Assembly: GCA_964106645.2 (NCBI GenBank)
Contig: OZ067039.1
DNA length: 64,000 nucleotides
From: Podarcis pityusensis
Lineage: Eukaryota
Direction: 5' to 3' (one strand)
Shown: in pieces, positions 1 to 12,746 of the stretch
How positions within the stretch are numbered: the stretch's first letter is position 1
Layout of the letters: the number at the start of each line of letters is the position of its first letter
Translations under genes and position numbers: made by a program
Notes under the pieces: model-generated
What the model saw: only the letters and a program-made list of their open reading frames with translations
Databases searched by the model: none
Told to the model about the DNA's origin: nothing

Positions 1-1183
1 GACAGACCTAGAGGGGGAAGCAGAGATTAATAGCCAAGATTGGCTTTCTTCCTGCAACATTGTAGAAAAAAAGATGTCAGTGCCCCAATCCATGGGTGTC
101 AGATAAACAGTTCAACACGTCAGAGCTGCAGTGTCTGAAATACAAAACATCTGTCCTGTTGGGCACAGCTGTCATATTTCAAGATAAGCAGCAACTTTTA
201 AGAATGTCTATCGAGATAAAGAGATCTGGCTCCTACACACAGTACCTGCCTCTTCCCCTATCTCATCACAATATCCCAAGTGTGGAGAACCTCACCCCCC
301 CAAGGTCAATTGTGGCCCTCCAGGCCTCTCTATGTGGCCCTCAATACTTTCTCTAGGCCACACCCTTCCTTTGCATTGCTTCACACCCTCCTTGAATGTT
401 TATCCATGGATGGAATGTGTCCTTGAACTCTGATGATGCCTCTTGCTTTTCTGGAAGGGGAACGGGGGGGTGGGGTGGGCGAGGATGTTTAGAAACTACA
501 TTGCTGTGTACAAAGGAACAAAATGACATTCGTTGCTCTGCTCACTTTTGCCTCTGCATTCCCTCTGCATTCAATATGAGCTGGATTTTGCTGGGCAGTG
601 ATATTCTTCATTAGATCACATTTCAAGTGCCTGTGTTTATTTCTTCTGTTTTGATCACACTGCAACCTGCTACGAGCCCTGAGGACTGGGCGGGAATTAA
701 TAAACTAATTCAACAATCGATGTCAGTCTCTTGTTCCTGCCTCGTGTCCTGTGGCTTGCCTGAATCTTGCACACATACATATAGTGCAAGGATCTTCATC
801 ATGGGATGAGGGGCTCCACCTGCCATTATGTCTGCTGGGAAAAGACAGGGGGCAGAAGGACAGTGAGGTGTGGCTGCTGTTGATGCTCAGCAGGGATGTA
901 ATTAGGGGATCCAGATTTGCAAACAGGACGCCAGTGTCTGTCTCTGGAGCTCCCTTTAATTTCCCAGCCCCGCTCTGCCTTTAACCTAATTAGCACTGCT
1001 GAGGCTTTGCGTGTGGCACCACCATGGAGCCTTGCTCGGGAGGACGCCTTCTCCCCTTGCATTTGGCAAACACAATCTCCCACACTGGGCCATATTGCCT
1101 GTCTTCACGAGGGATTTGCTCACTGCTGTGGAGTTCTTTTTTCTTTTTTTTCACGAGGGATTTGCTCACTGCTGTGGAGTTCT

Positions 1184-1311
1184 GTTTTCGAGGTTACCAG
1201 CATGAGTTTGACCAAACTGCGGGAGGCAGTGGAGGACAGAGGTGCCTGGCGTTCTCTGGTCCATGGGGTCACGAAGAGTCGGACACGACTAAACGACTAA
1301 ACAACAACAAC

Positions 1312-1357
<46 letters not shown>

Positions 1358-1358
1358 C
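1184..1358 (+). mobile_element. Short BovB 3' fragment with (AAC)n tail and 10-bp TSD
   Basis: Matches the 3' end of the 15.8 kb copy; gtggagttct at 1174-1183 and 1359-1368. Confidence 0.9.
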
Positions 1359-1710
1359 GTGGAGTTCTTTGCGTTTAAAGGATTAGCACAGAGCCACACA
1401 GTCTCAGCCTACTGAGAGCAAAAAGGCCTTAACGTTGCCTTGAGAAGAGCCACTGGAAAACATATTCCATTCTCTTGGCTTGGTACAAAGGCTGTGTACA
1501 CACTGCCAGCTTAAAATGCAGCTAGGTCAGTCCTTTTCTCAATTCAGATGGAAGCTGATCTGGGGGGAAACACATCAGTACGTGCAGGTCCTGTTTTACA
1601 AACATTCGCTATGCAAAAATTCACTAAGCTGAACGTGAGGAATTAGTACCTTGCTATGCACACTGCAGATTCAGATATCCTAACAGAGAGCATTTTTTAC
1701 TTCTTTGTTT

Positions 1711-1836
1711 CATGGGTGTAGCCAGGATTTTTGTTGGGGGGGGGGGCAGAACCTTAGTCTGCAATGTATTTTTATTGATTTTTATTGATTTGGGGTGGGA
1801 AGCTGCCCCTCAATGCCCCCCTTGGCTATACCCATG
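1711..1836. mobile_element. hAT-type MITE
   Basis: TIR catgggtgtagcca / tggctatacccatg; degenerate 8-bp TSD. Confidence 0.65.
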
Positions 1837-2474
1837 CCTTGATTACCTCTTGCCGGTTGGCTGAGGAATGGAAGGCGGTCGGGAGCGATTGGACAAATCA
1901 GAGAGCATTTTTCTACTGGTCTCGCCAGTGTTTTTTGAGTGGAGGGGGGCAAAATTCCATGTTTGGGAACATATTAGAATTTTCCCCATAAGAATCAATG
2001 GAAATCATTGACTTGTTATGTGAACACATGCCTAACATACCATTTGTAGGGAATGCATTGTGTTTAGCATGTGGGACCTGCATGTATTTCACAAGAAATG
2101 ACAAAATAGAGACAGGATAGATGGATTGTGGTTAACATCATGAGTACCCCACTTCCCAAACTAGCAGTAGGAATGCCAGATCAGCTGCTCATAATGATTT
2201 AATAATTAATAATAATTAATAATATAATTGTGTAAGTGTGATCTTTAAAAACGGATAAACAATTTTGGCTGCAAAATAAGGAAACCAGCAATTAAAGCAC
2301 CCTTGCCCTAGGCAGAGGGTAGAAACTAAGTAAGCTCCAATTAAGGAATTTCATGGAAGAAAAGGGTTAGGGAACTAATTAAAGGGGCAGAAGCCAAAAA
2401 GCAGAAGTCATGTTAAAAAGAAAGCAACCATGTGGGAAGCAACTAACTAAAGGGCCAGGGGAGATGCCTCAGTA

Positions 2475-2699
2475 CAGTGGTACCTCAGGTTACATACGCT
2501 TCAGATTCCAGACTCCACTAACCCAGAAATAGTACCTCGGGTTAAGAACTTTGCTTCAGGATGAGAACAGAAATCGTGCTCCGGTGGTGTGGCGGTAGCG
2601 GGAGGCCCCATTAGCTAAAGTGGTGCTTCAGGTTAGAACAGTTTCAGGTTAAGAACGGACCTCCGGAACAAATTAAGTACTTAACCTGAGGTACCACTG
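2475..2699. mobile_element. Tigger/mariner-like MITE
   Basis: TIR cagtggtacctc...gaggtaccactg, TA TSD. Confidence 0.88.
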
Positions 2700-2963
2700 T
2701 AATGTTTTGCCAGTCCACACTAGGCACAGCAGACAGGAAGTGCAGCTACATTTTAAGAATCACCACAAATCAAATCTGAAGGGGGAAGAGAGGGCAACAC
2801 AGAAGAGTTTGGGTGGCATTCTGTTATGTTTTACTTGGAGTAGACCCATTAAGATGAATGAATATGACTATGTAAGGGCCATCAATTTCAATGGGTCTAC
2901 TCTTGAGTAAAATTTAGTTGAATATCATCCACTGGAATGCAATAGGATGGCAAGGATGTTGCC

Positions 2964-3315
2964 CAGTGGCATAGCCAACTGCTAGGGCGCCCAGGGCGGT
3001 GCACATACCCTGTGCTTGGGGGCAGGGCGAGCCACCCTTGGGGGGTGGGGCAATCTGGGAAAGGGCATGCTGTGTGGAGCCTCTGTGGAGTCCACCTGCC
3101 GCTTCCCCCTCGGCTGTAGGGTGGCTGAGGGAGAGGCGGCAGGCAGTCACAAGCCCCACGCTGTCGTTTTTGAGCAGCGTGGAGCCTGCAGGTGCCTGAG
3201 CCACCACATCACTCCCAGGAGAGACGCTTCGCTTGGGTGCGCTGCAGGCCCCGCAGTAAGTGCCACCCCCACGGTGTGGCATCCAATGTACCCCGCTGCC
3301 CCAGCTACGCCTCTG
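2964..3315. mobile_element. hAT-type MITE
   Basis: Ends cagtggcatagc / gctacgcctctg; perfect 8-bp TSD atgttgcc. Confidence 0.82.
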
Positions 3316-3922
3316 ATGTTGCCTAGATTCTCTGGAAAAACAAACATGAGTGAATGAAATATGCCCATTCTGGGAGAAAGAGCTAGCACTGAAGCAATCT
3401 GAGAGAACTGGGAAGCCACAGAAATGTTCAGCCAAGTCTTACTAATTCCAACTTTTTTAAAACAACAACAACCCTGAAAAAGCTGTGAAATGGTTATGTG
3501 AACTGGTTTTGCTTCACATTTCCCTAAACTGCTCTCTGTGGCCACTCACATGTGATGATGTGATTTTACCGAAGCAAAATATTTGTCACTTGACCATTCG
3601 GCAGGACAGTGTGATACATCTTCTGCCCATGAATGCAATAATAATGTCCGATCACCCCTTCCAAAGGGTGGGCGGGGTTTGCGACACCATGCGGGCTTCC
3701 TGGGACTGGGAGCCACCTACCTTGCTACAGGGGGCCATCGCCCCACCCCCATCTCAGCAGGCCTATGGTCTGCCAGCTGGGGGTGGGGTGAGGGCCAGCA
3801 AAAGGGCCAATGCTCTTTGGCACAGGCTCCCCTGAAATTAAATAAAGTTGTGGCCAAATTTAAAGCCATACATTGTTGTCATGTCTCATTTCTGGGGAGG
3901 GGGCATTTAGCGTGGGGGCTCG

Positions 3923-3930
3923 TGATAATG

Positions 3931-3962
<32 letters not shown>

Positions 3963-4068
3963 TTATTTCTACCTCGCCCATGTGGCTGGGTTTCTCCAGC
4001 CACTCTGGGCGGCTTTCAACAGAACATTAAAAACAGAATAAAACGCCAAACATTAAAAACTTCCCTAA
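3923..4068 (-). mobile_element. 3' tip of L2-type LINE with (GATAAT)n tail
   Basis: Shares ccagccactctgggcggct...attaaaaacttccctaa with 58960-59057. Confidence 0.75.
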
Positions 4069-7000
4069 GACCCAGTAGCACTGTAGGCTCTGGGTATGGA
4101 GTGCTAACTAGTAAGATGCACAGCATGTGAATCGCTCTGGGCAACTATCTGCAGTGGAGCTTCCAAGTTCTGATGCTCCACCCCCCACCCCGTTTGGTTG
4201 TGTGGGGAATACAGCCTACTGCTTGAGTCCCTAAAGCTGAAGATTAAGCAATGAAGGCTTTTCTTGGCAGAGCTTCTCCCTACCACTATCACAGAGGAAA
4301 GGTCACCTTTCCTTCCTCTGGAAAACCCCTGTTCTACAACTGTGAGCCTTAGGCAGTGGGAAGGGGCAAGTAAGTGGCCAGTGGAGATGGAGAATAGTTA
4401 TTCTCCCCTATTATCTGGTGACTGTCCAGCACCCAAAACTCAAATGATCCGGTATCCTTCTCATCTGGCACTTCCGCAGGGAAATTAATTTCCTTCTTGG
4501 CTCAACCACCAGATTAGTTTTGCAGAAAATGAATCCTGCTTCCAATTTCTTTCCACTCTCCCTCTCCATCTCTTCTGATTTGCTTGACCCTGCCCTTCTC
4601 TTCTCTTAAACCGCTTTCTCTCGTCTCTCTCCTTGCCTCTTCTTGTCCAGCCACAGCATTACCATGAGTGCAATTTTGATATTAGATGTTTAATTCCTCC
4701 TTTCCATCATTGGCTCTGCTCCAGTTTCAGCACTGCTTAGCTAGGACAAGGACAAAGGAGGCTGAAATGCATGGCTAGCTGTCAATGGCAGGCTCAATCA
4801 GGAGAGTCACAGCTTGCAGCTCATCCAGTATTCTTAGGAGAGGAAGAAGAGGAATGCAAGAATAAAGGATCGTTCATAACTCTAAACCAATACATTTCAA
4901 CGCCATTTTAATGCAGCCATGGCAATTAGGCCACCCTATCCACAAGGTTAGAAATATAGGAACATAGGAAGCTGCCAAGTCAGACCAATGGACCATCTCG
5001 TCTAAACAGTGGCTCTCCAGTGTTTGAGACTTCCTCAGCCCTTCCTGGAGATGCCGGGAATTTAACCTGGGACCTTCTGTGTGCAAAACAGATGCTCTGC
5101 CACTGAGCGATGGCCCTTCCCAAAAGAGGATTCCTGCCAAGACTCTCTTGGTGTTTCCTCTGTGGGAATGAAAATATAATAGAGACCACCCATGTGGAGT
5201 AAGTAATAAAAGAATACGCTGGACACATGTCCTTTGCCTAGCATGGAGCTGATTTAAGGGCAGAATTGGCAATGGGATGGCCTTGAAATGTGTCCCTAGG
5301 CATTTGTGTCCCCACTGGGTTTCCACTGGGACAGGTGGTCACCACCTGTGATCCTCAGCATCCCCTTTCTTGAGTTATGCTGCTGTCTGTGTCTCCACAT
5401 CACTGCTGTGTCCATAGAGACAACAAAGTGATGTCTGTGAGGTGCCTGCAGCCTCAGATTCCTGAAGTTCCTCTCTTAAAGAGGTTCCTGAGAGAAAATG
5501 CATTTCCTCTTGGTGGGGGGATGACTGGAGGGCTTCTTTAGAATGACACCCACTCACCACCCCCAACCCCTATCTTTTCTTGCTGGCTTATGTATTAATT
5601 AGAATGGGAGACGAAGGGCTTGTATCTTATTCACACCTGGTGAGCTCTCTCAATAGAAGGCAGTCATTCTGCCTGGGGCTGGGATGGAGGATTCCTTTCT
5701 AAGCACAGGTATGTGAGAGATGAAGCATTTGATGGATTGAAAACAGCCAGGATTGAAGGAATTGTTTGCTGTTCCTTTTTTTTTTTTTTAAGGAAATTTG
5801 CAACAGTGAGGTCACTTTCATTTTTCTTACCTTGAAAGCCCAGCCTTTCCCTCTACCTCCCCTCCACTTAAAGCCAAAATTGCATGTCACTTTAGGAAAC
5901 CTCACTGTGCACTCAAGTGTTCATGACCACCATTCACGTTTTGTCTCTTTAAATGCCACCACCGCCAATACTCATTGAAATACGGTACATGAGCACCATT
6001 GCCGACTCTGGATGGTGCTGGCCCATACTGCTCTGTGACTGGGCTCAGGGGCAACCCTGTCATGATGTGGCTAGTCAACGTCTGACAGTGTGGACCTCCT
6101 CTTTTACCTGCCCGCCCACCCACCTATACCACTGCAATTTTCCTCACCACCAACCCTTTCTCTAATCTTGAAACTGACAAGGTGGAAGCGAAGTCCTTTC
6201 AGTTTCGCAAATGCCATTGATGCGTCCTTCTGCCTCTCTTTTTGGTCCAGTGAAAAACTAAGCTAATAACTTTACCAATTTCACAATGCCCCTTTTTTTA
6301 AAAAAAAGTATTATTATGTTAGCATGTTGAAACTGGCAGGGTTTTCTCACAATATTGCACATTTCCCCCAGAGATGTGGAGTGGGAATGTGACATTTCTG
6401 AGCTTCTAGTGCCCCAGTTGGAGGGCACTATCTGTTCAAAAATGGCAGTGCTTTCATGGAATGCAATAGGATTACTTCTAAGTTTTGGAAGATGAAAGTG
6501 TTTGTGCAAATAAGAAAAATACAGACGTCTTTCCAACCCCCCCCCCCCCAAATTAAGCTTCCGTCCATTGTTTCCCACATAATTAAAGTGTGACAACTAG
6601 AAAAGCCAGAACAACGAGTTCATTAGTTTTTAATTGTGTGGCTTTTGGTTGATTTATAACCTATCAATTAAATTTGCATAAATTGTCATGTGCATTAAAA
6701 AAAACCACACCAATTATTCTGAAGTAAGAAGCATAATTTGTTTTTAGATGCTGTGCAAATGTCATCATCTTAGAAGAGACAAAATGCGAGAGAAAAGCAA
6801 GACCAGTTCCTTTAAGATGGTGCCGTCTAAATTTTTATGAGTACTTGCATTAAATGAGGTATGTTTTAAAAGATCTGTTGCTTTGTTAATTGAAGGTGCC
6901 TCTTTAGTAACTAAAAGTTTTTTTAAAAGTAATTTACTAATTAAACACTGCAGTCCTTTAAAAGATAACCATACTTAAGAGGGGAGATAAGGAAGAGGGC

Positions 7001-8146
7001 ACATCTACAGTATGTGTTACACACACGTTTCACAAAGTTCCAGGAAATCTGACCAGATACTGTGAAATTTGGCCCTTGCTTCCTGCCTCTCAGAAGTTGT
7101 ATGGTCTATTCCTTTACTAAATCAAGATTCTCAGTCCAAGCCTCCATATGCAAGGCATAAGCAGCTTTCCAATGTTGCAACAGCAGTCTTCTGCCCACAA
7201 TTATGGCCCTCAAAAACCACAAGTGTTTGAAGAAATCATGGTAGGAGATGGCTGGCAGTAAGGCATACAAATGTATCCAGGACAAATTTAATTCTGTGTT
7301 CTACTAATTTCCAGAACAAGGTGATGCTCAGGTAGCAGCACAACAGGTATTATTTTGGGTGTTTCTCCTGACCACAGTACAACTATGTTTTTTTTACAAT
7401 AAAAACCACTTTTAAAATGTTAGACCAGACTGTTGTGTGGAATATGCATAGTGAACCATTCACAACTAGCCATGTTTTCATTATTTTATTCAGTTGTATT
7501 ATTTCCTAGTAGCAAAGTCCTGGGTTCAAGTCTACAAGACAAGTGAAGGCTGTAATCATAGACACACATATCAGAGTACATTGCCTGCCCTAGACAGCCT
7601 TGGATCTGAGCCCTAACTGAGCGAAGCTCTGTTCTGATTCTTTTCTCTGAAATAGAACATGGATATGGAATACATTCCACCCAGGATCTGGGTATATCTA
7701 ATTCCACAACAGGATTCAAGACTTCTCCTACTGCATTTCCCCAACAGCTATACTTGAAGACTATCAAAGCAACACATCCACATTTAGGGGACCCCCAGAC
7801 TGGTGTCTTATTGTGGGTGCATTCTGCAAGATGTTCTGGACACACAAATGGTGCATTTGTGGCGGGTTTATTCTGCGTTATTAGTTGTTCTGCAATGCTT
7901 CCGCAGTGCTACCACATTATTGTTGTCCGGAGGATCTATAGCTAAACAAAAGTGAGATAAAAATAAATCAGAACATTTGTCACATAAAAAGTAATAGGAA
8001 TTAAGAAGCATTATAGGACATAACACCAATGGGAAAAGAAGCAGCGTGACAGCCCCAAAACTTTTGCAGCTCCAAGCAGTATTGAAAGCAGGATCTCATA
8101 TAATAATAATAATATAACTGCCCTGATAGCATCGTGAGCACAAATA

Positions 8147-8378
8147 CAGTGGTACCTCGGGTTACATACGCTTCAGGTTACAGACTCCGCTAACCCAGAA
8201 ATAGTACCTTGGGTTAAGAACTTTGCTTCAGGATGAGAACAGAAATCGCGCGGCGGCGGCGGCGGCACAGCAGCAGCAGGAGGCCCCATTAGCCAAAGTG
8301 GTGCTTCAGGTTAAGAACAGTTTCAGGTTAAGAACAGACCTCCGGAACGAATTAAGTACATAACCAGAGGTACTACTG
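8147..8378. mobile_element. Tigger/mariner-like MITE, same family as 2475-2699
   Basis: Near-identical sequence, TA TSD. Confidence 0.88.
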
Positions 8379-9940
8379 TAATCATGCATGCCTAATAAAA
8401 AGGACATCTGGGCGAGGGGGGGGTCTTCAGTCCAGCGTTGTGTTGTTGGGATAAGTCCCTGTTGCTTGCTTCTCAATTTATTGTAGTGGTAGCCATCTGA
8501 AAAAAGCAGAGTTGGTCTGACGAGAGAGGCAGATATGAAGAAAACTCATTTGTGTCAAGATCCCAGCTGATGCCTTCAGATAAATTTGCTCTCAAAGAAC
8601 CCTACACTCCAGCCACTCCGTACACTCTAGGCCCGAGGCCAGATCCCAAACTCTTGGCAGTCCCATCCATTCTTTTTTTTAATGAACTTCCCTCATTTAA
8701 TTGGGACAGGCTGCCCTTCCTTTGTTAATTACACTTCTGAGCAGGAGGCTGTTTCAGTTTGGATGACCGGTCAGAGGAAAGCGAGGAGGTTGTTTCCATT
8801 ACAGAACTCAGAAGTGTGTGTGTACTGTGTATGCAGGCTGGCAATCTATGTGAAGGAAGCTGAAAGTTATTGTAAGTGTGTGAGCCTGTGGAACATTATC
8901 CTCCTCCAGAGGAAAAAAAAGATGATGATAGTCCTATGCAAGCAAAAACTAATGAGTTACCAGAATATGTTCTTAAGGGTGGATGGGATGTTGCACTACT
9001 GTCCCCCTTTTATGGTACAGCCCTCTTTCCCCAGTGAAATATCTTGATCCACCTTACCCTTTAATAAATAAAAATAATAAAGTATGAGCATGCCATTTAG
9101 ACACACTTTGACAAAATTGCCTGCCTTAACATGATGCATTCTAACAACATAGGTTGGGTTTCCTAGATGCAGAATTTGAGATAATTAATAGCATAGGGTT
9201 CTCGACACCCCAATGGCACTGATGTTTTAATGGTTGGTTTTTACCATAGCTTATTCACTGCAATGCATTCCAATTTGCCAGTCTTGCAAGAACTTCTCTC
9301 TGCCCTGTTATTATTGTGCAACCAAGTTTTTCTTCATTCTTGCGCTAGAGGAAAATGGAGAGGAAGGCCAACTTCTTGTTTCCTTCTCTTTGTGAACATT
9401 CTCTTCTCTCAGGCCACGATGGAAATGGAGCAGTCTGCAAATCCCCATGTCTTCCTGTTTGTTTTCTTTCTGGCGGTTAGCTCCTGAACAACCTCTTAAT
9501 TCAACTCTGGAGCCATTTCCCACAGCATTCATTGACTAAGGACATTTTCTTTGTCTCTGGTGTCTCAACCTTTGCCACACTTTAAGCTGGACATGCTAAA
9601 GTTCCCCAGATACCCTTGCAAAATGCATGGGAACCAGGATGTGGCAGAACAACTGAGCTCAGTTCTCTTTTGACCATATCATCTTGCTTCTTTAGGACAG
9701 GGATGGAGAACCTGTGCCCCCCACCCCGATGTTGTTGGACTCCAACTCCTGTCTTCCCTTAGCATTGGTCATGCTGCAAATTCAACATCACCTGGAGAGC
9801 CACAGGTTCCACACCCCTGGTGTGCATTCTATTCTCATACTTATCCAGACAAGAGCAAATGATGGAAGAAAGAACTCTCATCAGTTCAGCTATATCTATG
9901 TTCACAACCAATTTCATTTATACTTTGGGTATCCCTGATG

Positions 9941-10030
9941 CATAGCTGTCAACTTTTCCCTTTTCTTGCGAGGAATCCTATTCGGAATAAGGGAATTTCC
10001 CTTAAAAAAAGGGAAACGTTGACAGCTATG
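9941..10030. mobile_element. 90-bp hAT-type MITE
   Basis: TIR catagctgtcaac / gttgacagctatg; flanks ccctgatg / ccatcatg (6 of 8 match). Confidence 0.72.
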
Positions 10031-11079
10031 CCATCATGGAACAGCTCTGTCTGGTGAAATGCCACTCTTGGAAAAGCGATAAGCACTGCTCCTGCACATC
10101 CATAGGATAACATTATTTATGCTGCATGGCGATGCAGTTGGAAAAATTCCACCATCTCTTGCTTTCATATTCAAAGTCACTAAAGTGGATTGGAGTACAC
10201 ATTTCATTCACAATAAATTCTGAACTAGTTGAAAATGAAAATACTTTTGCAAGTCTGGTAGTGGATTCCAGATAATGTTAAGGAGCTTACCATTAATCCA
10301 CTTTAAATGACCACAAATGCAGCACAATTACTTCTTAACACATCTTAACCTTTTGTGTGCATGGCCAAGAAAGTTAAAAGGATGGTTTCTCACTGTTATT
10401 AATAAAGCACCACCAATACACATGGCACATCGCAAGTGGACAGGTTTCTGACTTCAGGGTTGTTTTTATTAAAAAGCCAAAGTGACATGGATATTTCCTC
10501 CTTCCTTCCTAAGCCCAACCCACCATTTTGCCTTTGTGAAACATTTCCGGAAAGCTTCTTTCATTCTGTTTCTCTCTCCCCGCCCCCTCTCTCTCCCACA
10601 CACACCTGGATCACTAAGCAGCCCCAATTTCTGTTTTATCATTACAGATCTTTCAAAATTCTGCTGACTGGTGAAAACACTAAAGGGTGGAATAATACCC
10701 TTTTCCAGGTAAAAACAAATATGCATATTCACATATTGGGAGGGGGGATACCTGGATTATGTAGCAAATGCATGAAAGCCATGCAGCTATCATACAAAAA
10801 AAAAGAGAGGATTGTTTAGAAAGACTCTGAATGATAGTTCTCTGTGGCAGGAAGTAGCAGTATTAAGGTCGCCTTCTTTACAATGAAGGCTAAGGTTAAG
10901 CCTAATGAAGGTTAAGGTCTGGCTACTGAGTGCAAGCCCTTACACCCTCTGCTGGTTGTACCGTGTCAGGCTTGCCTATAGGTAGAGGAAAGGAGGGAGG
11001 AGTGCTGTACCCCACCACCATGAGCTGAAATGTTCCTCCTCCTCATGGCTTCCAGGACAAACATCTGTCCTGCTGGGAT

Positions 11080-11405
11080 CATAGGAAGCTGTCAGAGCAT
11101 CATCCCATCTATCTCAGTATTGTCTATACCAGGCATCCCCAATCTGCGGCCCTCCAGATGTTTCGGCCTACAACTCCCATGATCCCTAGCTAACAGGACC
11201 AGTGGTCAGGGATGATGGGAATTGTAGGCCAAAACATCTGGAGGGCCGAAGGTTGGGGGGTGCCTGGCCTATACTGATTGGCAGCAGCTTTCCAGTGTTT
11301 CAGGCAGTGTTCTCTCCCAGTACCAGCCCTACCTGGAGATGCCAGGGATTGAATCTGAGACCCTTGGCATGCAAAGCAAATGCTCTGCTCTCATATGGGA
11401 GCTAA
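11080..11405 (-). mobile_element. tRNA-derived SINE (Squam3-like) interrupted by a hAT MITE
   Basis: ctggagatgccagggattgaa...tgcaaagcaaatgctct motif, also at ~4960-5115, 18510-18850, 28692-28900 and 57795-57965; family name from memory. Confidence 0.55.
11130..11266. mobile_element. hAT-type palindromic MITE
   Basis: TIR caggcatcccc / ggggtgcctg; TSD gtctatac / gcctatac. Confidence 0.82.
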
Positions 11406-12746
11406 GTGTTGACACCTTAGAGCAGAGACCTGCATGGGTTGTCACCCTGGATATGTCCCTTGACTTCTGTCCCACCAAACTGAATGGAGCCCACCAGCCA
11501 TGCATGATTGGCAGGCCATGTGCTTGATAAGCTGCTGCCGCACGTGGCTGGGGGCTTGCGTTCGACTTGCAGGATCAGAAGTTGTGCAGGCCTGCCGGAG
11601 TTCTGCATGGCTGGTTTGCATAACTGAGCAGGGGCGATGAGTCACACAACATGACAATTTATATGACCATTTTCAGTGCAAGCAATGGCTCTTTCAAAAA
11701 CAGATCTCCCCCCTCCCAAATCTGGCTATGATACAAGGTCAAAAGGACCTAATGGAACTGCCTGTTCCCTAGGAAGCTGCAGCTCGAGATACTAGCTCGT
11801 CACAATCCTGGTGTACTATTGACTCTAGAAGACTGAACCATTATCTAAGTTTGGGCGGTTCTTTGCATTTTCTGAAGTAGGCTTGAATGTCTACCTTGAG
11901 GGCACAAATGAGGTTTTTTTCTGTCTTAAGTGCAAAAAATGGAAATTCTGACAAGGTCTTAGGCGAGCTAAGACAATACACCAATGTGAAGAAGATGCAA
12001 GATATGTTACTCCATGTGGCTAGCAACACTAAGTGAATTTTGTGAGTCTTCCTGGAGCCCAGGAAGACTTGGGATCATGTCGGTGCCTAAAACAATTGAA
12101 AACTGTTTCAGCAGGTTTTACTCATTTACAAATACAAAACAAAATTTAGTTGTGAGCAAAGGAAGCAATCAGCAATCAGTAAAATATTTTTGAGGTGTTA
12201 GGGAACAGGAAGAAGTTTACATTTCTTCTCTGGGCTCAATCTTAGATTCAGCTCTATTTCACAAAAGCAGTTTTTTCTGATGTCAACTCACATCTTCTTT
12301 GGAACACACAGAGAGAAGAAAACTTTAACATTCCATTGCTTCTTATAATATTTTTACATTGAGACAGGCATAGTTAATTTTAATCTTGCATATGGTAATC
12401 TTTACATGTACCGTAATTGGTACTTTATTATTTCTTAGATTTTTTTTCCTTCTGCCAAGATTTATTTATGTATAGTGTGCTGTTTATTTCTCTTTGATAT
12501 TAGTATGATTATGTCTTTTATAAACCAAAATACATTCAGAGGTCTTCTGCTGATGCGTTCAAAATAAATATTTCTAAACCCATTGTAGCCTCTCAGGTTC
12601 TGCTTGGTCACTCACTCTCTCACCCACTGGGGGAAATTATGAATCTCACTTTCACTCATGGTGAACCTGTTTGTGATAAGCAAAGAGATGCCAGAGGAAA
12701 GGATAAGGGGTAAATTAGCAAAAAAAGATTATAACCATGTGCATTA

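Noticed and set aside
2828-2912. pre-miRNA-like hairpin
   Set aside because: A related degenerate palindrome occurs at ~31580-31655, indicating a small palindromic interspersed repeat.
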